A stretch of 64,000 bases of DNA from Elsinoe ampelina (GCA_010093995.1 ML992513.1:369203-433202); one strand, 5' to 3'; shown: positions 1 to 12,590, counted from the first letter of the stretch. Translations and numbers: made by a program. Notes: generated by a model not told the origin, from the letters alone.

Positions 1-1635
1 ATCAGCAGAGGTCGATGATACGGGATATACGACCTACCAGCTCGATCTCTGTTGAGCTTGAAACGACCGCCTGTTGCACTCTTCATCAAGCCGGTTGAGT
101 TCTCCAACTTCTTTGTTCTGGACTTGGCCGTTCGCAGAGCATTGTCGTCTCCTCTCCTCTTCCCTTGCTTGACCGTATCGGCAATCGACTTCTTCATTCG
201 ATCAGTCTTCTTCTCTTGAGCATCCTTCATGCGAGTCAAGTATTTGATACGAGACCGCGTATCCGTCTCATAGTCGGTAATGTTGCCTGGAAAGTACGAG
301 AGTACCTTGTCCCGCAGTATGATGATCTCTTCACATGTTGCATCTACAAAGTCACGATCATGGGAGACTATGACGATAGTCTTGTCCCCCAAACTCTGTA
401 GCGATTCAATGTGTTTCTGCAGCCAGACAATACCAAGCAGATCGAGAAAGTTGGTAGGCTCGTCAAGGATCAGAAGGTCTGCAGTCTGCAGCAGGGCGGT
501 CGCTAGCATACATCGCATATGCCAGCCGCCTGACAGCTTGTTGACCGGCTTCTGCATCATGATCTCGTCAAAGCCGAGACCTTTAAGCGTTTTACGTGCT
601 TGTGCTTCCCTCTCGCCGGTAGTGATCTGGAGACACGATCAGATCAAATTGCAAGACTTCGGCGCTCGTACGTACTACCGCAAGCTTGTCTTGGATATCA
701 GCGATCAACTTCGTAGCTTGTTGTATCTCACTGTCTGCTTCAGTGATTGCCTCAATCGTATCCCCGATGTCAAGTCTGTACGTCTCAGTCTGTGTTATAC
801 TCGATCTCCTCGCAACAAGACAGTCTACCTCTCTAGCAACTGCACAGCTTTCGCTTCAGCAGCTAGCAGCTCCTTCTTCGCCTGAGCACCTCGACCACCA
901 CTGCGTAGCTCTGCTTCCCGTCTGTACTTGGCCAGATCTATCTCGAACTTGACTTGTTGATATCGCCGATAACGTCGGACCTGCTCGAGTGTATCCAGTG
1001 CCTCTGATGCTTCTGTAGATCCTTGCAGTACTTTGTAGTCAGTCCCGACACATTGATTGATGGTAAGAAGATGGCATACACAGTAAATCTTGCAAGAGCT
1101 GCAATCGATATGGATCATTCTGAGCCACATGCTCGAGCACAGGCAGACTCTGCAGCTCCTCGACCTGGCTGCTAGAGTCTACCACGTCCTGGTCTGTCTG
1201 CTGTAGACAAGCTATCCGAAGCCTCTCCGGCATGCCAGGGATAGCCTGCTCGTTGATAGCCCGGAGCAAAGCTTGGATACAACGTCAGCCAGAGCTCGTT
1301 TCAGCATTGTGATCGCAGGCATACTTGACTTTCCTGCTCCATTCCGTCCGATGAGACCATAGCAAGTTGATTGCTTGAGCTTCAAGTCTGCATGAGATAA
1401 GATCTCCAGAGAAGTCGACTTTGATTTCGACGACTTCCGCGCAGAGGTGCTCAGACTGTCATGGTCGACGGGTGACACTACTGCTAGGTCTATATCTTTG
1501 ACATGGATCTTCAGACGTCAGCTTTGATACGAGAGTAGATGAGTCGTGGATCACGTCTGATAGGCTCGCATCTTCGTTGATGTGGAAGCGCGTCTCTTGG
1601 CTGGTGGCCACTAGCCTGGGTCGGGAGGAGACCAT
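1..1635 (-). CDS. ABC-F family (soluble) ABC ATPase, multi-exon, 3' part runs off the window
   Basis: Manual splicing from ATG 1635 (MVSSRPRLVATSQETRFH) gives Walker A GLIGRNGAGKST (split by a GTATGC..CTGAC..AAG intron), signature LSGGW, Walker B LLILDEPTNFLDL and H-loop IVIVSHDRDF; no TM segments in the visible part. Confidence 0.85.
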
Positions 1636-2136
1636 CTGGTCGATTGATCAGGTTGCGGAACTTTGTGGATCATCCCTGGACAGTCGGGGGATTCTATAGT
1701 AGCTTGGAGATGTTACGAGGCGGAGAGGGGCTACGACTGCGGTGTCTGGAACGAGGACAAGTTTTTGTGACTCATGGAGAGCTTGAGGAGCTTGGTGGCG
1801 GAGCAGTCAAGCGCCCATCTTCAACCGAGTGTCAATTACGCCAATACGAAATCATGAAAGTCGATTATCGCACCCTATCAGACCCCCAATCACTGCAAGT
1901 CAGAAAAGTTGGATATCGAGTGTGCCTGTGTGGCTGCATTTCAAATGCTATCTGATATCTATCCATAATACTACGCCAGAGTATTAGACCGTGTCCATGC
2001 CGCTCAACACAAGTAAAACTAGTGATCAATAATGGCTGTATATCCACAAGTAAATCGAAGAGTAGATGTTGGTATATGCACGCTCAAAACGCCGACTCAA
2101 AATGGGTAAAAGTGCAATCATGAAGCAGTCGACCAT

Positions 2137-4962
2137 CTACGCGCTGCCAACTTTTGTGCCGTTCTTGACGACAATCTGTCCAGTATTGAGGTTCGCACTG
2201 TAGCCGTTCTGTAATGTAATATTGGTACTGGCGATACCAGGTGCCGATCCGCCACTGAACCACTTCTGCAGGCTCGATTGTGCAGCAATGGCTTCGTTGA
2301 GCTGGCCTGAATCCTGGAGTACGAACAGGACTGCTACGCGAGCAAAGTCCAGCTCGAGGGGAGATGTGTTGTTAGGACTGTTGCTCGGAGAGGATCCCGG
2401 TGGCCCGCCAATAGCAAAGACTATGCCATTGCTAGTTGCAGCAGCTTGTGAGGATGCAACAGTGGTAGTGACTTGACGTTGCTTCAATGTCTTGGTAGGC
2501 TTAAAGTCTTCCTCTTCGCCCAGATAAATCTCTGCAATGTCGGCCGCTGTGTCGAAATACTCTTTGTCGAGATTGATTGAGCGACGCTCGCTAAGACCAC
2601 CGAAGGTGACCAATGCATTCTCTGAAGCGCAAGACAGATTCGTCGCGGCAAAGAGGGACAGAACTTGTGCACCATCGAGGGGAATACTGAAATTGGCGCG
2701 TGCGTTATTGAACAGGCGTGGGAGAGAGCTGCCGACAGTCGCGTTGGATGCACCTTGTACATCGAGTCCGGTGCATGACGCACCGACCTCGGTTGTGCAT
2801 GATGAGCCAGTGAAGCCATTCACACACACGCACCGACAAGCTCCGTCGTTGCCGACGATGTTGACCCCCCCATTCGAGCAAGTCAGACTCTGCCTGCAAG
2901 AATCAAGAGACTGAGCATCGCTCTGGTTCTGTCGCGGAATGACGATGAGAACGACGGGGACGATGACCGCTGCCGCGACCAGCAAGATTAACAGAAGTAG
3001 CAAGAGCAAGAAAGCCCAGACTGGCATTCCACATACTCGCTTCTTGGGACGGGGTTGGCTTTGTCCCTTGCCATTGTCGCTGAAGGATGGTAGAGTGCTG
3101 TGTCTGAGGTTGGAGGGCCAAGCAAATCTTCCAGAACCTTGTGATCGTGGTGTACCGACTGCTGGTGGAGGAAAAGCAGAGATCATGTCGGTGAGTGAAC
3201 CATTAGAACGTCGATTTTGATTGCCTCTGGTCCCCTTCTCGTCACTAATCATCCAATCGAAGCCGAGCCGGCTGGCCGTCTTGCCCCTGTCTAGATTCGA
3301 GGCAAGTTTCGTCGCTCGACGGATCAGATCAGGTAAGCTGGTCAAGCTACCGCGTTGCTCTGCTTCTCGCACTGCATCAACATTGAGTCGTGGGGGTCGT
3401 CGTGTCCCCACTCGCTGCGACAGTTGAGATGGCTGGTTCAGATGACTCGTCTTGTCATCGACATGTGGCAGAGCGCCACCCTTCTCAAGCCTGTTGAGAA
3501 TCGACTCTACTCTAGGGTCTTCCGAGTTGTTTGTTGGCTGACGGGGAATACGATCGGGCATCGGCTCATATAGGTATTCCTTATTCTTGTATCTTGCGAA
3601 TTCTGACTTGTCGGATTCCGAAGAAGAAGGCCGGTCAAAGAACGAAGTCTCGGACATGCCAAGGGGACCGCTACTGCCTGTCCGGCCAGACTGGGCACCT
3701 TTTGATTGATCAGACATCTGGCTCTTGTTCAGAGTGTTGCTCGAGTCGACTGGTTCAAGGGGCGGTCTCTGCATTGGCGGAAGGGATTGCATGCCATCTT
3801 CATCGAAGCTATCGTCGGAATAAGTACTCTCACGTCCAGGGGCATTTCTCATGTTTTCGCCAGATTTGATCGTGGTGAGAGTCGGCTTCGAGCGCTTTCC
3901 CAAGCTCGCCTGTCTCACAAGTGCTGGCGGCGAATCGCGCTCCCGAGGTAAGGCAACTCGTGGAGGTTGCATGATCTCGGGTTCATCATACTCGGATGCG
4001 TACGAATCGGCATTTGGTCGTCCAAAACGGGGAGTGCCAGAGTCGTTGAGGTAGTAATCAGGCACACCGATAGGAATAGCATTGCTCGATGCATAGGACC
4101 CTCTCGAGTCGTCGCCAGGTCGAAGGCTACTCCCTCTGAGGCTGCTGTCTCTGTCCGACTCTTCCACGATTGGTGTCACCTGCGACAGATGAGTTGGTTG
4201 CGAGTAGTATGAAGATGGTCCCCGTCTCGACGAAGGTGGCGGGCCTAGCGGTGCTCGCTCTCGTGGTGACTTGGGCGGGTAAGCTTGCTGCTGTTGCATC
4301 TGCATTTGCTGCATCTGCTGCTGCTGTTGTTGCTGTTGCTGCTGTCGGATCTGCTGGTGATTGGCGGGTAGTGGTGGCAGAGCGGATGGTAATGGGGGCG
4401 GCGCGTCTGGAACAGAGTACGAAGATGAGGTGGAGGCCATGGATGCGCCAGTAATAGGACGCGTGGAGTTCGGTGAAGGATAGCTAGAAGGCGAGTCGTA
4501 TCCATTGTCGCTCCATACACCAGGGCCAGAGTAGACAGAGCTGGCCGTGGGTGGTGCATTAGCATACTGGGGAATCGGGTGGTTGTCGTATTCGTTCCTG
4601 TTGCTTGCAGGCTTTGGCTGTCCCAGGACGGCGGTACCAGTCGGTCGAGGTGGTCTCTGAGGAGGCATGGCTCGGGGGTAAGCATTCTGGGACGGCGCAG
4701 GTGAACCATCTTGTCCACCCAAGGGCCACTGCTGTTGTCCCTGAGGGGGTCGCATGGGACCTCTGCTGAAGTTGTTTGGACCGTTCTTGCGTAACACACC
4801 AGGATTATTCTGCGGTGTCCTCTGCTGTTGCGAGGTTGGCCCTTGCCTATTCATGTTCTGCCGAGGTCCGCCATATTCATCAGGGCTCGAAGTACCTCCA
4901 GAAGGCGGTGGCGGGAACCGAGGTATGCCATAGGGCACACCTTGGCCGTGGTAATTGCTCAT
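2137..4962 (-). CDS. 941-aa predicted single-pass membrane protein: Pro/Ser/Gln-rich N-terminus, TM helix, EGF-like Cys module
   Basis: Long uninterrupted ORF; hydrophobic stretch WAFLLLLLLLILLVAAAVIVPVVLIVI followed by C..CSNGG..CRCVCVNGFTGSSC (EGF-like C-x-C-x2-G-F-x-G-x2-C). Confidence 0.85.
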   Translation of the reverse strand: MSNYHGQGVPYGIPRFPPPPSGGTSSPDEYGGPRQNMNRQGPTSQQQRTPQNNPGVLRKNGPNNFSRGPMRPPQGQQQWPLGGQDGSPAPSQNAYPRAMPPQRPPRPTGTAVLGQPKPASNRNEYDNHPIPQYANAPPTASSVYSGPGVWSDNGYDSPSSYPSPNSTRPITGASMASTSSSYSVPDAPPPLPSALPPLPANHQQIRQQQQQQQQQQMQQMQMQQQQAYPPKSPRERAPLGPPPSSRRGPSSYYSQPTHLSQVTPIVEESDRDSSLRGSSLRPGDDSRGSYASSNAIPIGVPDYYLNDSGTPRFGRPNADSYASEYDEPEIMQPPRVALPRERDSPPALVRQASLGKRSKPTLTTIKSGENMRNAPGRESTYSDDSFDEDGMQSLPPMQRPPLEPVDSSNTLNKSQMSDQSKGAQSGRTGSSGPLGMSETSFFDRPSSSESDKSEFARYKNKEYLYEPMPDRIPRQPTNNSEDPRVESILNRLEKGGALPHVDDKTSHLNQPSQLSQRVGTRRPPRLNVDAVREAEQRGSLTSLPDLIRRATKLASNLDRGKTASRLGFDWMISDEKGTRGNQNRRSNGSLTDMISAFPPPAVGTPRSQGSGRFAWPSNLRHSTLPSFSDNGKGQSQPRPKKRVCGMPVWAFLLLLLLLILLVAAAVIVPVVLIVIPRQNQSDAQSLDSCRQSLTCSNGGVNIVGNDGACRCVCVNGFTGSSCTTEVGASCTGLDVQGASNATVGSSLPRLFNNARANFSIPLDGAQVLSLFAATNLSCASENALVTFGGLSERRSINLDKEYFDTAADIAEIYLGEEEDFKPTKTLKQRQVTTTVASSQAAATSNGIVFAIGGPPGSSPSNSPNNTSPLELDFARVAVLFVLQDSGQLNEAIAAQSSLQKWFSGGSAPGIASTNITLQNGYSANLNTGQIVVKNGTKVGSA
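4287..4345 (-). repeat. CAG/CAA microsatellite encoding polyQ
   Basis: tgc/tgt repeats on the + strand; translation QQQQQQQQQQMQQMQMQQQQ. Confidence 0.9.
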
Positions 4963-6792
4963 GAGAGGAGAGCGACGTGTCTTGACATGGAAGTCAGTCC
5001 ACTAGTAATTCGGTGTTCTTCGGCGGTTGTGAGTGTTCCCGATCGCCCAGCTCTTACTATTCGTGATGCTCCAAAAATGTTCGGTTTGACCGTTGCAGAT
5101 GCGGGGAGGTGGTTTGCCGTTGTGGTGCTATTTTTGCTGCGGAAGATAAGAATATTTGGGTTGAAGGAAGAGGGTCACGGATTGTGGGTGGTATGAATGG
5201 ATGTCTGTGGTCTCTAGATGGGCCTGTATCGTGGTCAGCACGTGGTCGAGCACGTTGAAGCCTTGAGCATTCTGCAACAGTGGCTTCGCAAGGCGGAGCG
5301 TGAAGAGAAAGGAAAGGCTCACTGGACAGGGCTGCGACTTACAATGGCAAGGCGCGGCGGTGCTGTTTTCGAACACGGTAAGGCGAAGAATGTTGCTCAA
5401 TGTCGATCCTGCGACCAGGGCCAGATAAACGAAGGGCTGGACTGGGAAGAAAGAATGCCGTAAGAGAGTGGACGACCAGTATCCGGGAAAGCAATGGTAG
5501 CACTGGCAATGATGCCTCGAGATGTCGTTGTGACCACCGCAAACAATCGTACAGAAAGAAGAGATTGGTGTTTGGTCGGAGATGGCAGAGAAGTCAGCCT
5601 CGCACGGCGTGATGCTTGCTCGCAGGCCCCGGGCTCTGGGAGAGGGCCTGCCTCTTTTTGACGGTCCAAGAACCCAAGGAACTGCACGGCGACTGCTGGA
5701 ACCCGCAAAACCTTGCCCGTGAGATTGACTGTGATGGCGCAGACGGGGCCAATGGCAGTCGAGCAGCAATTATTGCCAGACAGGCGAAGCCAGCCGCCGT
5801 CGGCAGGGCGCCATGTGTCTCTGGCGGTCTGTCGAGGGCAGAGACGTCTGGTTCTGGGAGAGACGAGAAGTGGCACCAACAGGGCGCCCACAGGGTGCTC
5901 AGATGCATCGTCCAGGAGAGGTGTAGTCTGGGCCTGAACGGGCATGGCCTGCCCACCATGAAACACCCGCCCAAGTGCCACACCCACTCGTTTTCTGTCA
6001 CTGACTCTGACTTCCACCTCGTTCATCTCTTCAAGTGGAGCTCCCGTATCGCTCGTGCCATCTTGGTGATGCTTTTGATTGCGTCTGCCACTTTGTGCGC
6101 AGTGCTGACGCCCATGACGGCCATGACGAGGAATTGTACTTCTGCACGGCCATGAGGTCTGCATACCGCCCATCCATCTCGACCATGGCCATCATATCCT
6201 TTCGAAACATCATCCATCGTCCTGCTAATTCGACTTTGAGATTTGTTTATAGTGGTCAACCATTGATGCATGAAGAGGGCATTTCCGCCCTCAATTTACC
6301 AGTACCACGATTCACATGACTGCTCTTCCTTCCGCGGCTGGCCGGCATACGATTTCCGCGCGTGGCGCCCATGCCTGTTCGGGGATCATCTCGATATATG
6401 AAGTGCTCCATCTTGACGACCGGCATCGAGGTGCAGTCCTGGGCATCGTGCGGCGCTCTCGTGGGTCTTCGCACTGGATGTCGTTCAGGTCAGCAAGGCA
6501 GGACAGAGCCGTTTCGCTCGTTCGGTAGTAATATTCTCTGCAAGCATGATTCTGTATCAGCTCTGTTGAGGCTTTACGTGAAAGATCTAGCAATCGAGGT
6601 AGGTACGGTCGCGGACTGACAAGACGTTCCTGCTTTTTCTGTTTGGCTTTGGATTCGCTGTTGTCTAAGGATAATGGACTCCATTCAGTGCCTCCAGCAG
6701 ATACCCGTCATCTCACATCATCTCATTGCGTGCATCCTCTGCCCGCATCTCAGCGGCATTGGTTAAACCATCAATGCGAAGCATCGCCCAAG

Positions 6793-7890
6793 ATGTATCC
6801 AGATCCTCATATCTACATGAATAGCCCATCAAGCCCGACGTCACAATCATCTTATCCAGCACTACCAAAAGAAAGCCCTGGCTCAATATCATTCCCACAC
6901 AGACCTGCATCGCTTCAAGCCGGACATTCTCATTCCGACTCGTCAATAGATCGATGTGAAGCGAACACATCTAAACGCCGGACTCGCCTGGCGACACTGA
7001 TATCAACTCCACCAAGAAGGAGTCACTCTACTCTCAGTCGCGAGATCTTCTCGGGCTCAAGTTCAAACGTCGGCAGCCCTCCGCCAGCTTCATTCCTTCC
7101 ATCCGACGACCAAGGCATTAAAGGCAGAAATTCAAAGGAGATTGGTAGGAGTGCCTCGCATGTGTGGTCCCGGGGCCGATCCACCATCCCAGCCAAGCCC
7201 GCGCTCTCGACCAGCACGTCAAGTTCCTCGGAGTGGACAGATGATGAGCATTTTCTCACCGTGCGTCCGGCAAGCAAGGAAGACGACAGCACTGTCAAGC
7301 AACGCCGACACCGCCGGAGATTCGGAAAGATCTCGGAACCAAGAAAATCGGCTCCCAGCACAACCAATACAATCATCCCCGGGCTGGGACGTGGCGACGT
7401 GGACCTAGAAGGGCTTTGTCCAAGTGCGCGATCCCCAGCAGTCAGACCCAGCCGCTTTACACCTGCAAGCTTCTCGCGGATCCTTAGTACCTCATCAGCA
7501 AGCGAAGTGAATGGTCCAAAGCAGCCACTCCAGCCAACAACGAGCGATGCTGTCTGCAATGTGAAGAAAACCAGGATCGCTTTAGGGAAAGCCAATGCCA
7601 ACAGCGATCAGACCCCGGAGAATGAAGAGAACAACGCACCGTCTGAGTACAGGACGACACCACCAAGATCCACGAGCATCGGAGACCAGCTGACGCCCTT
7701 GAGCCCCAATGTTGAGCTACATCGCGGATCTACCAGGCACCGCTTTCGTTCTCAGCTCGCTATCGAGGACGATAATCGGTTCAAGGACCTGGCTCCTGGT
7801 TCTGACGCTGACGACTCGAGCGATTCCGAGAGCAATGAGATATCAACGTTGGCCATTCCCTCTCCTGCCGTAACGTCGAATTATTTTTGA
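6793..7890 (+). CDS. Hypothetical Ser/Pro/Arg-rich, probably disordered protein (5' end uncertain)
   Basis: Open frame over 1.2 kb with first ATG at 6793; low complexity, no recognisable domain. Confidence 0.55.
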   Translation: MYPDPHIYMNSPSSPTSQSSYPALPKESPGSISFPHRPASLQAGHSHSDSSIDRCEANTSKRRTRLATLISTPPRRSHSTLSREIFSGSSSNVGSPPPASFLPSDDQGIKGRNSKEIGRSASHVWSRGRSTIPAKPALSTSTSSSSEWTDDEHFLTVRPASKEDDSTVKQRRHRRRFGKISEPRKSAPSTTNTIIPGLGRGDVDLEGLCPSARSPAVRPSRFTPASFSRILSTSSASEVNGPKQPLQPTTSDAVCNVKKTRIALGKANANSDQTPENEENNAPSEYRTTPPRSTSIGDQLTPLSPNVELHRGSTRHRFRSQLAIEDDNRFKDLAPGSDADDSSDSESNEISTLAIPSPAVTSNYF

Positions 7891-8054
7891 GGCTGCGTGG
7901 TAATCAACGACTGGGTAGTGGCGGTTGTGGCGGCAATTGCTCTCTTGGTCCTGTATGGCTTCTATTCTTGGGTATCAAGCAGCACTTCTATCCCCAGTAG
8001 TCGATCGAATGCATTCAAAACCACATTTCCATGTGCCCTTTCCCTCGTCCCCCA

Positions 8055-9097
8055 TCACCGACTCATCACCTCCCTAATCTCCCCCTCCGCCCACCCAAGC
8101 ACATACAACACATCCACCAAACTCCCCCCATTAATCCTCGCGGGCGCCCTCTCCTGCACCTTCGGCTTCGCACAAAACGCCACGCCCAACCCGGCCTCCC
8201 CCATCATAAGCAAATCATTACTCCCATCCCCCACAGCCAACATGCCCTCCCTCCCCACCCCCTTTCCCTTCGCAATCTCAAGCATCAACTCCCTCTTCCT
8301 CTCCCCATCCACCACCCTCGTCCCCTCCTTGACCCTCCCCGTCAGCCGCCCCGCGCCATCCTCCTCAAGCTCATTCGCAAAAGCAAAATCCATGCCCAAC
8401 TCCCACTTGACCCAGGCCGCGAGATTGATGAACCCGCCCGACAGCACAGCCGTGACCCACCCATCACTCCGCAGGCACCTGACCACCTCCCTCGCGCCGG
8501 GGGAAAAAGTAATCACCTCCTCGCGCAGGTGTCGCCAGATACCGGGCTCCACGCCGCGAAGCAGCGCGACGCGCGCGAGCAGTGAGGACGTGAAGTCGGT
8601 GTAGGGCGGCTCGCCTCGCATTGCGGCTTCGGTGATGGCGGACACGGAGGCGTAGAGGTCGAGGGAGCGCGCGAGTTCGTCGATGACTTCTTGTTGGATG
8701 AGGGTGGAGTCCATGTCGAAGACTGCGAGGCGGGGGGGAGGCGCGGGGGAGGAGGAGGGAGGGGGACNNNNNNNNNNNNNNNNNGGGGGGTGAGTGGGGT
8801 GAGGACTGCTTCTAGTGAGAGGGAGGGGAGGAGTGGGGAGAGGGAGTGGAGGGAGGAGGTGCAGAGGGTTTGGGATGGGGAGGTGGGGACGGGGAGGTGG
8901 TGTTGTTGGACGCGGTGGAGGGGGGAGGTGGGGGAGGAGGGGGAGTCGAGGAAGAGGGAAGAGGAGGGCGTGACGGAGGAGAGGGGGATGTGTTGTGTGA
9001 GGGCGTCGAGGATGGTGGGTAGGTGGGACGACCAGGTTGATGGTGGGAGGGGGCCGGTGGTGGAGAAGAGAGTGAGGATGATGGTGTTGTTCGCCAT
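8055..9097 (-). CDS. SER2: Phosphoserine phosphatase (HAD family, SerB/Ser2)
   Basis: HAD motifs FDMDSTLIQQEVIDELA, LSGGF and AVGDGSNDLLM; the N-terminus (MANNTIIL, ATG 9097) lies in another frame across the N gap at 8768-8784, most likely a gap-length artefact. Confidence 0.9.
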
Positions 9098-9579
9098 GAT
9101 TGGAGTGGAAGTGCCTGAAGGCACGAGGTGGATGCACTGCTGGAAATATTGTTTGCGGAAGATAGCAATGGTCAATGAGTCCCCGAGACTTTTTTCTAGG
9201 GGTGCCGACGATGTCGGAGATGGATGGTGGGGGCCAATCAGAGGTTGGATTCGCCGCACAACATGCATGCATCAAGGACACTCTCGAAAAGGACTAAGAA
9301 TATGTTGGAGACGCAGTGAATCCGTCGTCGGCGCGGAATGAGAGAGTCAATAACAAAAGAACTTTGGATTCATGTCATAGTCTATGGATCGGGGGTATCT
9401 TGTTGTCCGTCCAAAAGGCATCCTTGCCATCCAAGAGATTGCCAGAAAGCAACCGCTTCATATCCTTGTACTCCTTCTTGTGTCATCATATCATTTCGCA
9501 TCTACCAGGCTGGGTGGTCTATTCGCTTGCTGTTGCTGAATATCGCTATGCACTTGGGACGCGCAGATCAAAAAATTGA

Positions 9580-11005
9580 TCACATCCTGAGCTGGCCAAA
9601 CGGGGCTCCAAAGTTGCAGCTAGTCTTTTTCTTGAGTCTGATGCCTCCATTATCTTGAAAGTCGTCTTCTTGAGCTTGCGATGATTCTGACGCTGGTGGA
9701 GGAGACATCTCTGCGGCAGATGCCTCACCTTGCGACAACGATGGGGTGTCCTTTGTAGGGTCCCCGGTCTGGGGAGGCACGATGCTACTCACCGTTTAGT
9801 ATAGCTCAACGAAGGATTGATATTGGAACTTACGTCAAATCGGACTCGTCCACTTCACTTTCATCGTCCCTGTTGAACCTTGCACTCAAGACCAGCGGTT
9901 GGCTCTCATCAGGGTGTTCCTCAATATACTGCAGTCGAGCAGTCAAGGCATCCATGGTAACGTTTTCGCTACTTGGCTTGCTAGGCAGCTCCGGTAACCG
10001 CAATGGCCCGGACAAGCAGATATCCTCCTCGTCATCGGAAGTCATAGATTTGTTCCTGGCTGTGTTCCGACGAGTCGGTGTAGCTTCCAAAGCCTCGACC
10101 AGCAGGGAGCCCCTGTTGGTCGAATCGGACGATTGCGGTCGACTGGGTATCCTCAAAGGAGTGTGACCAGCGTCTCTGCGGTATTCAGGAGGAGGTGGTG
10201 ACAGAACCTGCCTAGTCGCCGGTGGAGAAGGTGGCTGCTCGTCATCGAGATCTGCCTGGACTATAACAAGGATTAGACGGGATCATCAGGCATGTTCAAG
10301 AAGCTCACCTTCGAGCTCATCCACAAGCGAATCGATAACCGACTTGGGCTGAATGTCGATAAACTTTGGAGCGGCATCCCGCTTGATGAACGAGACCTTG
10401 CGCTCCTCTCGAGGACTCGCTTCATGTTCGGCTATACTTGGAAGACGGGAAGAGCTTGTATTGGAGGCGCGATGGGAGGCCGGTAGTGGATTGCTTGTCG
10501 TAGCCTTGTCGTTGGGAAAAGGTGAGATAACGGGACTCCTCGCGGGACTGTTCATGTATGAGTTCCTGTCACGTCGGCTTCCTTGACTCTCGTCCGTGAG
10601 AGAATCCGGCGGAGAATTGACGGACCTGTGACCCTTGGGACTCTTCAATAGTCCCTCTAGCGAAGCGATCCTCTTGTATAGCCTCTCCCTTTCCATTTCC
10701 CAGCATTCCCGCTCCACCACAAAAGCCTGGTGTTGCAAGCGCAGTGCTTCCATTTGTTTTCGGACCTGACTCTGGAGGTCCTGCTCCATTGGGCTCGTCA
10801 CCTCGTAGGGGTCAAGCTTACTAGTGGCCGAGGAATTGTTGAGGTAGTCGGGTGCGCTGAGGCGGAATTGGGAAGGATATGTCGGCTGTGAAGGTGCTAC
10901 CAGACTGTCATTGGACGTCATCTGAAAGGCTAGCGGAGGTGATTTTTGCGGTTTCGGCATGGCTATAGGAGACTCGTTCTCGAAAGACATGAACCGGTTG
11001 GCCAT
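9580..11005 (-). CDS. Multi-exon hypothetical protein with N-terminal coiled coil
   Basis: Consecutive minus-strand ORFs separated by GT..AG introns; coiled-coil segment QHQAFVVERECWEMERERLYKRIASLE; C-terminus LKKKTSCNFGAPFGQLRM. Confidence 0.7.
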
Positions 11006-11469
11006 GGCATCAGCGCCTGTAAGGCAGACTGATGGCAAGACTATAGTCAGGAGTGAGGTGAGAGAGGTCGGGTGTGACGCGAGCGATAGAAAAGCAAGCA
11101 AGTCTGCATAAACGAAAGTAATGCAGGGAGGTTGTCCAGGGCCGCTGTTCTCTTTGGGATCGTCCTTTCGTGCCTGAACCCTGTGGACCAATGATGACGC
11201 AGCCCCGGTCCCCCGGGAGGTGCGCTCCGGTCTGTCCCTGGCGCCGTCTTCGGGCTCCTGTTTTTTTCGTGTGATTGGCGTGGGTACGATTCAGGTCGGG
11301 TTGCGCTAGAAGCCGCGGGGAGTGATTCGCTGACACGTGAAAACTTTGCACCGGCAATAATCGAGTACACTGTTATATATGTTTTGGCCAGAGTGAGTCT
11401 GAGCCACCGAATCATCTTTGGCCATTAGAGCGTGTCATTTCATGAGCCAGCAAATCGGATTGCGAGCCC

Positions 11470-11750
11470 ACTTTAGCCAAACAATATAGAACAAACCTGT
11501 AGGAATGCTAACCCTTAATCACTACTATCACGCCGTGTTGCTATGTTAGCTGTTTAGAATACTATCCAAATATCTTAATGCCTTCTTGTAGTAAACAACT
11601 ATATGTCACTCAACCTACATCTTAGCTAATTAGCATTTAAATAAAGCCCAACAGTATTGCAATTTAAACCGACACTGTACTGAACCTATGGTTGCTTCCT
11701 TAGCACTATGAAGTCGTCTAACGTGAAAGGTAAGGTTCTACACCGAGAGG
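11470..11750. repeat. Short AT-rich, TpA-enriched segment (lightly RIP-mutated repeat relic)
   Basis: Abrupt drop in GC and excess of TA/CTA/TAG relative to both flanks. Confidence 0.45.
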
Positions 11751-11767
11751 TCCATGTTGATATTCAG

Positions 11768-12418
11768 CTACGCGTCTTGAACCCTTTTGTGGGCTCCATT
11801 GTCATACTTGACACACTTCTTGATACAAATCACTTTCACCGCACCTGCTTCCCCTGTGGAGAATCGCCAGGCGGTATCGTCCGGCGATACCCTATCGACA
11901 CATGTGCCAGGTGGCTGCTTTACCCTCTGCGTCCGAAGCATTTTTTCCTGGGGCACAGTGTTTTCGTATCCTATTGTGTCGTGATCCGGCAGATGCGTCA
12001 AGGAGATGAGAGCAAAGCCCGCCGTCAAATTGCGCGCTTGGACATTCTGCCGCAGCTCGTCCAGGAATGGGCCATCCCGAAGAAGCGTAAGGGGTCGCAT
12101 TGAACTATCCGAGTACTCGAAGGACTGAAACTGATTCTTCGAGTCGATCATGAAACTGTATGGCCAAAGTCGATCTACCGACGAACGCATGACCGGTCGA
12201 CACAGGTCGACGTCTGCATCGAGACGGCTGTGGCACATAACCTGCTGTTCGCGAAGGTTAAAGTGCCGATGAAGCAAGCCTACGGAGAACAAGTCCTGCA
12301 TGCCATGCTTGGTGATGACAGAGCCCAGGCCAAGAACATCGTCAAATGTAAAGCTGACATCGTCTCCGAGCGGGCTGATTGAATTGTAATCCGAGCTAGT
12401 GATGGTTGATAATTCCAT
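11768..12418 (-). CDS. Hypothetical 216-aa protein (GLLHRHF motif, C-terminal C-x3-C-x7-H); island gene 1
   Basis: Intronless ATG-started ORF with globular composition. Confidence 0.7.
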   Translation of the reverse strand: MELSTITSSDYNSISPLGDDVSFTFDDVLGLGSVITKHGMQDLFSVGLLHRHFNLREQQVMCHSRLDADVDLCRPVMRSSVDRLWPYSFMIDSKNQFQSFEYSDSSMRPLTLLRDGPFLDELRQNVQARNLTAGFALISLTHLPDHDTIGYENTVPQEKMLRTQRVKQPPGTCVDRVSPDDTAWRFSTGEAGAVKVICIKKCVKYDNGAHKRVQDA

Positions 12419-12590
12419 GCTGGCGACGATTGACGAGACCAGGCTGATGAGGAGGGTGGTGTCATGGAAGGCTGTTGTAGTGAATGTCCCACCAAGATAT
12501 TTTATTCCTTGGCACGCTAGCAGACTGACGCGGGGATCTTGCGACTACCTGTTCAGGCCGCTTTCCCTCACCATCGTCCACAACCGCGTA

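Noticed and set aside
280..885. 201-aa plus-strand ORF, and similar antisense ORFs over SER2, ECM14, Sec7 and COQ4
   Set aside because: Shadow frames of real genes on the opposite strand.
5000..6640. Several overlapping 130-260 aa ORFs on both strands
   Set aside because: No domain, mostly non-ATG starts and no consistent splice model; probably UTR/promoter DNA, though a small gene cannot be excluded.
8768..8784. Apparent frameshift in SER2
   Set aside because: The frame change coincides with an N gap in a G-run, so it is most likely an assembly artefact.
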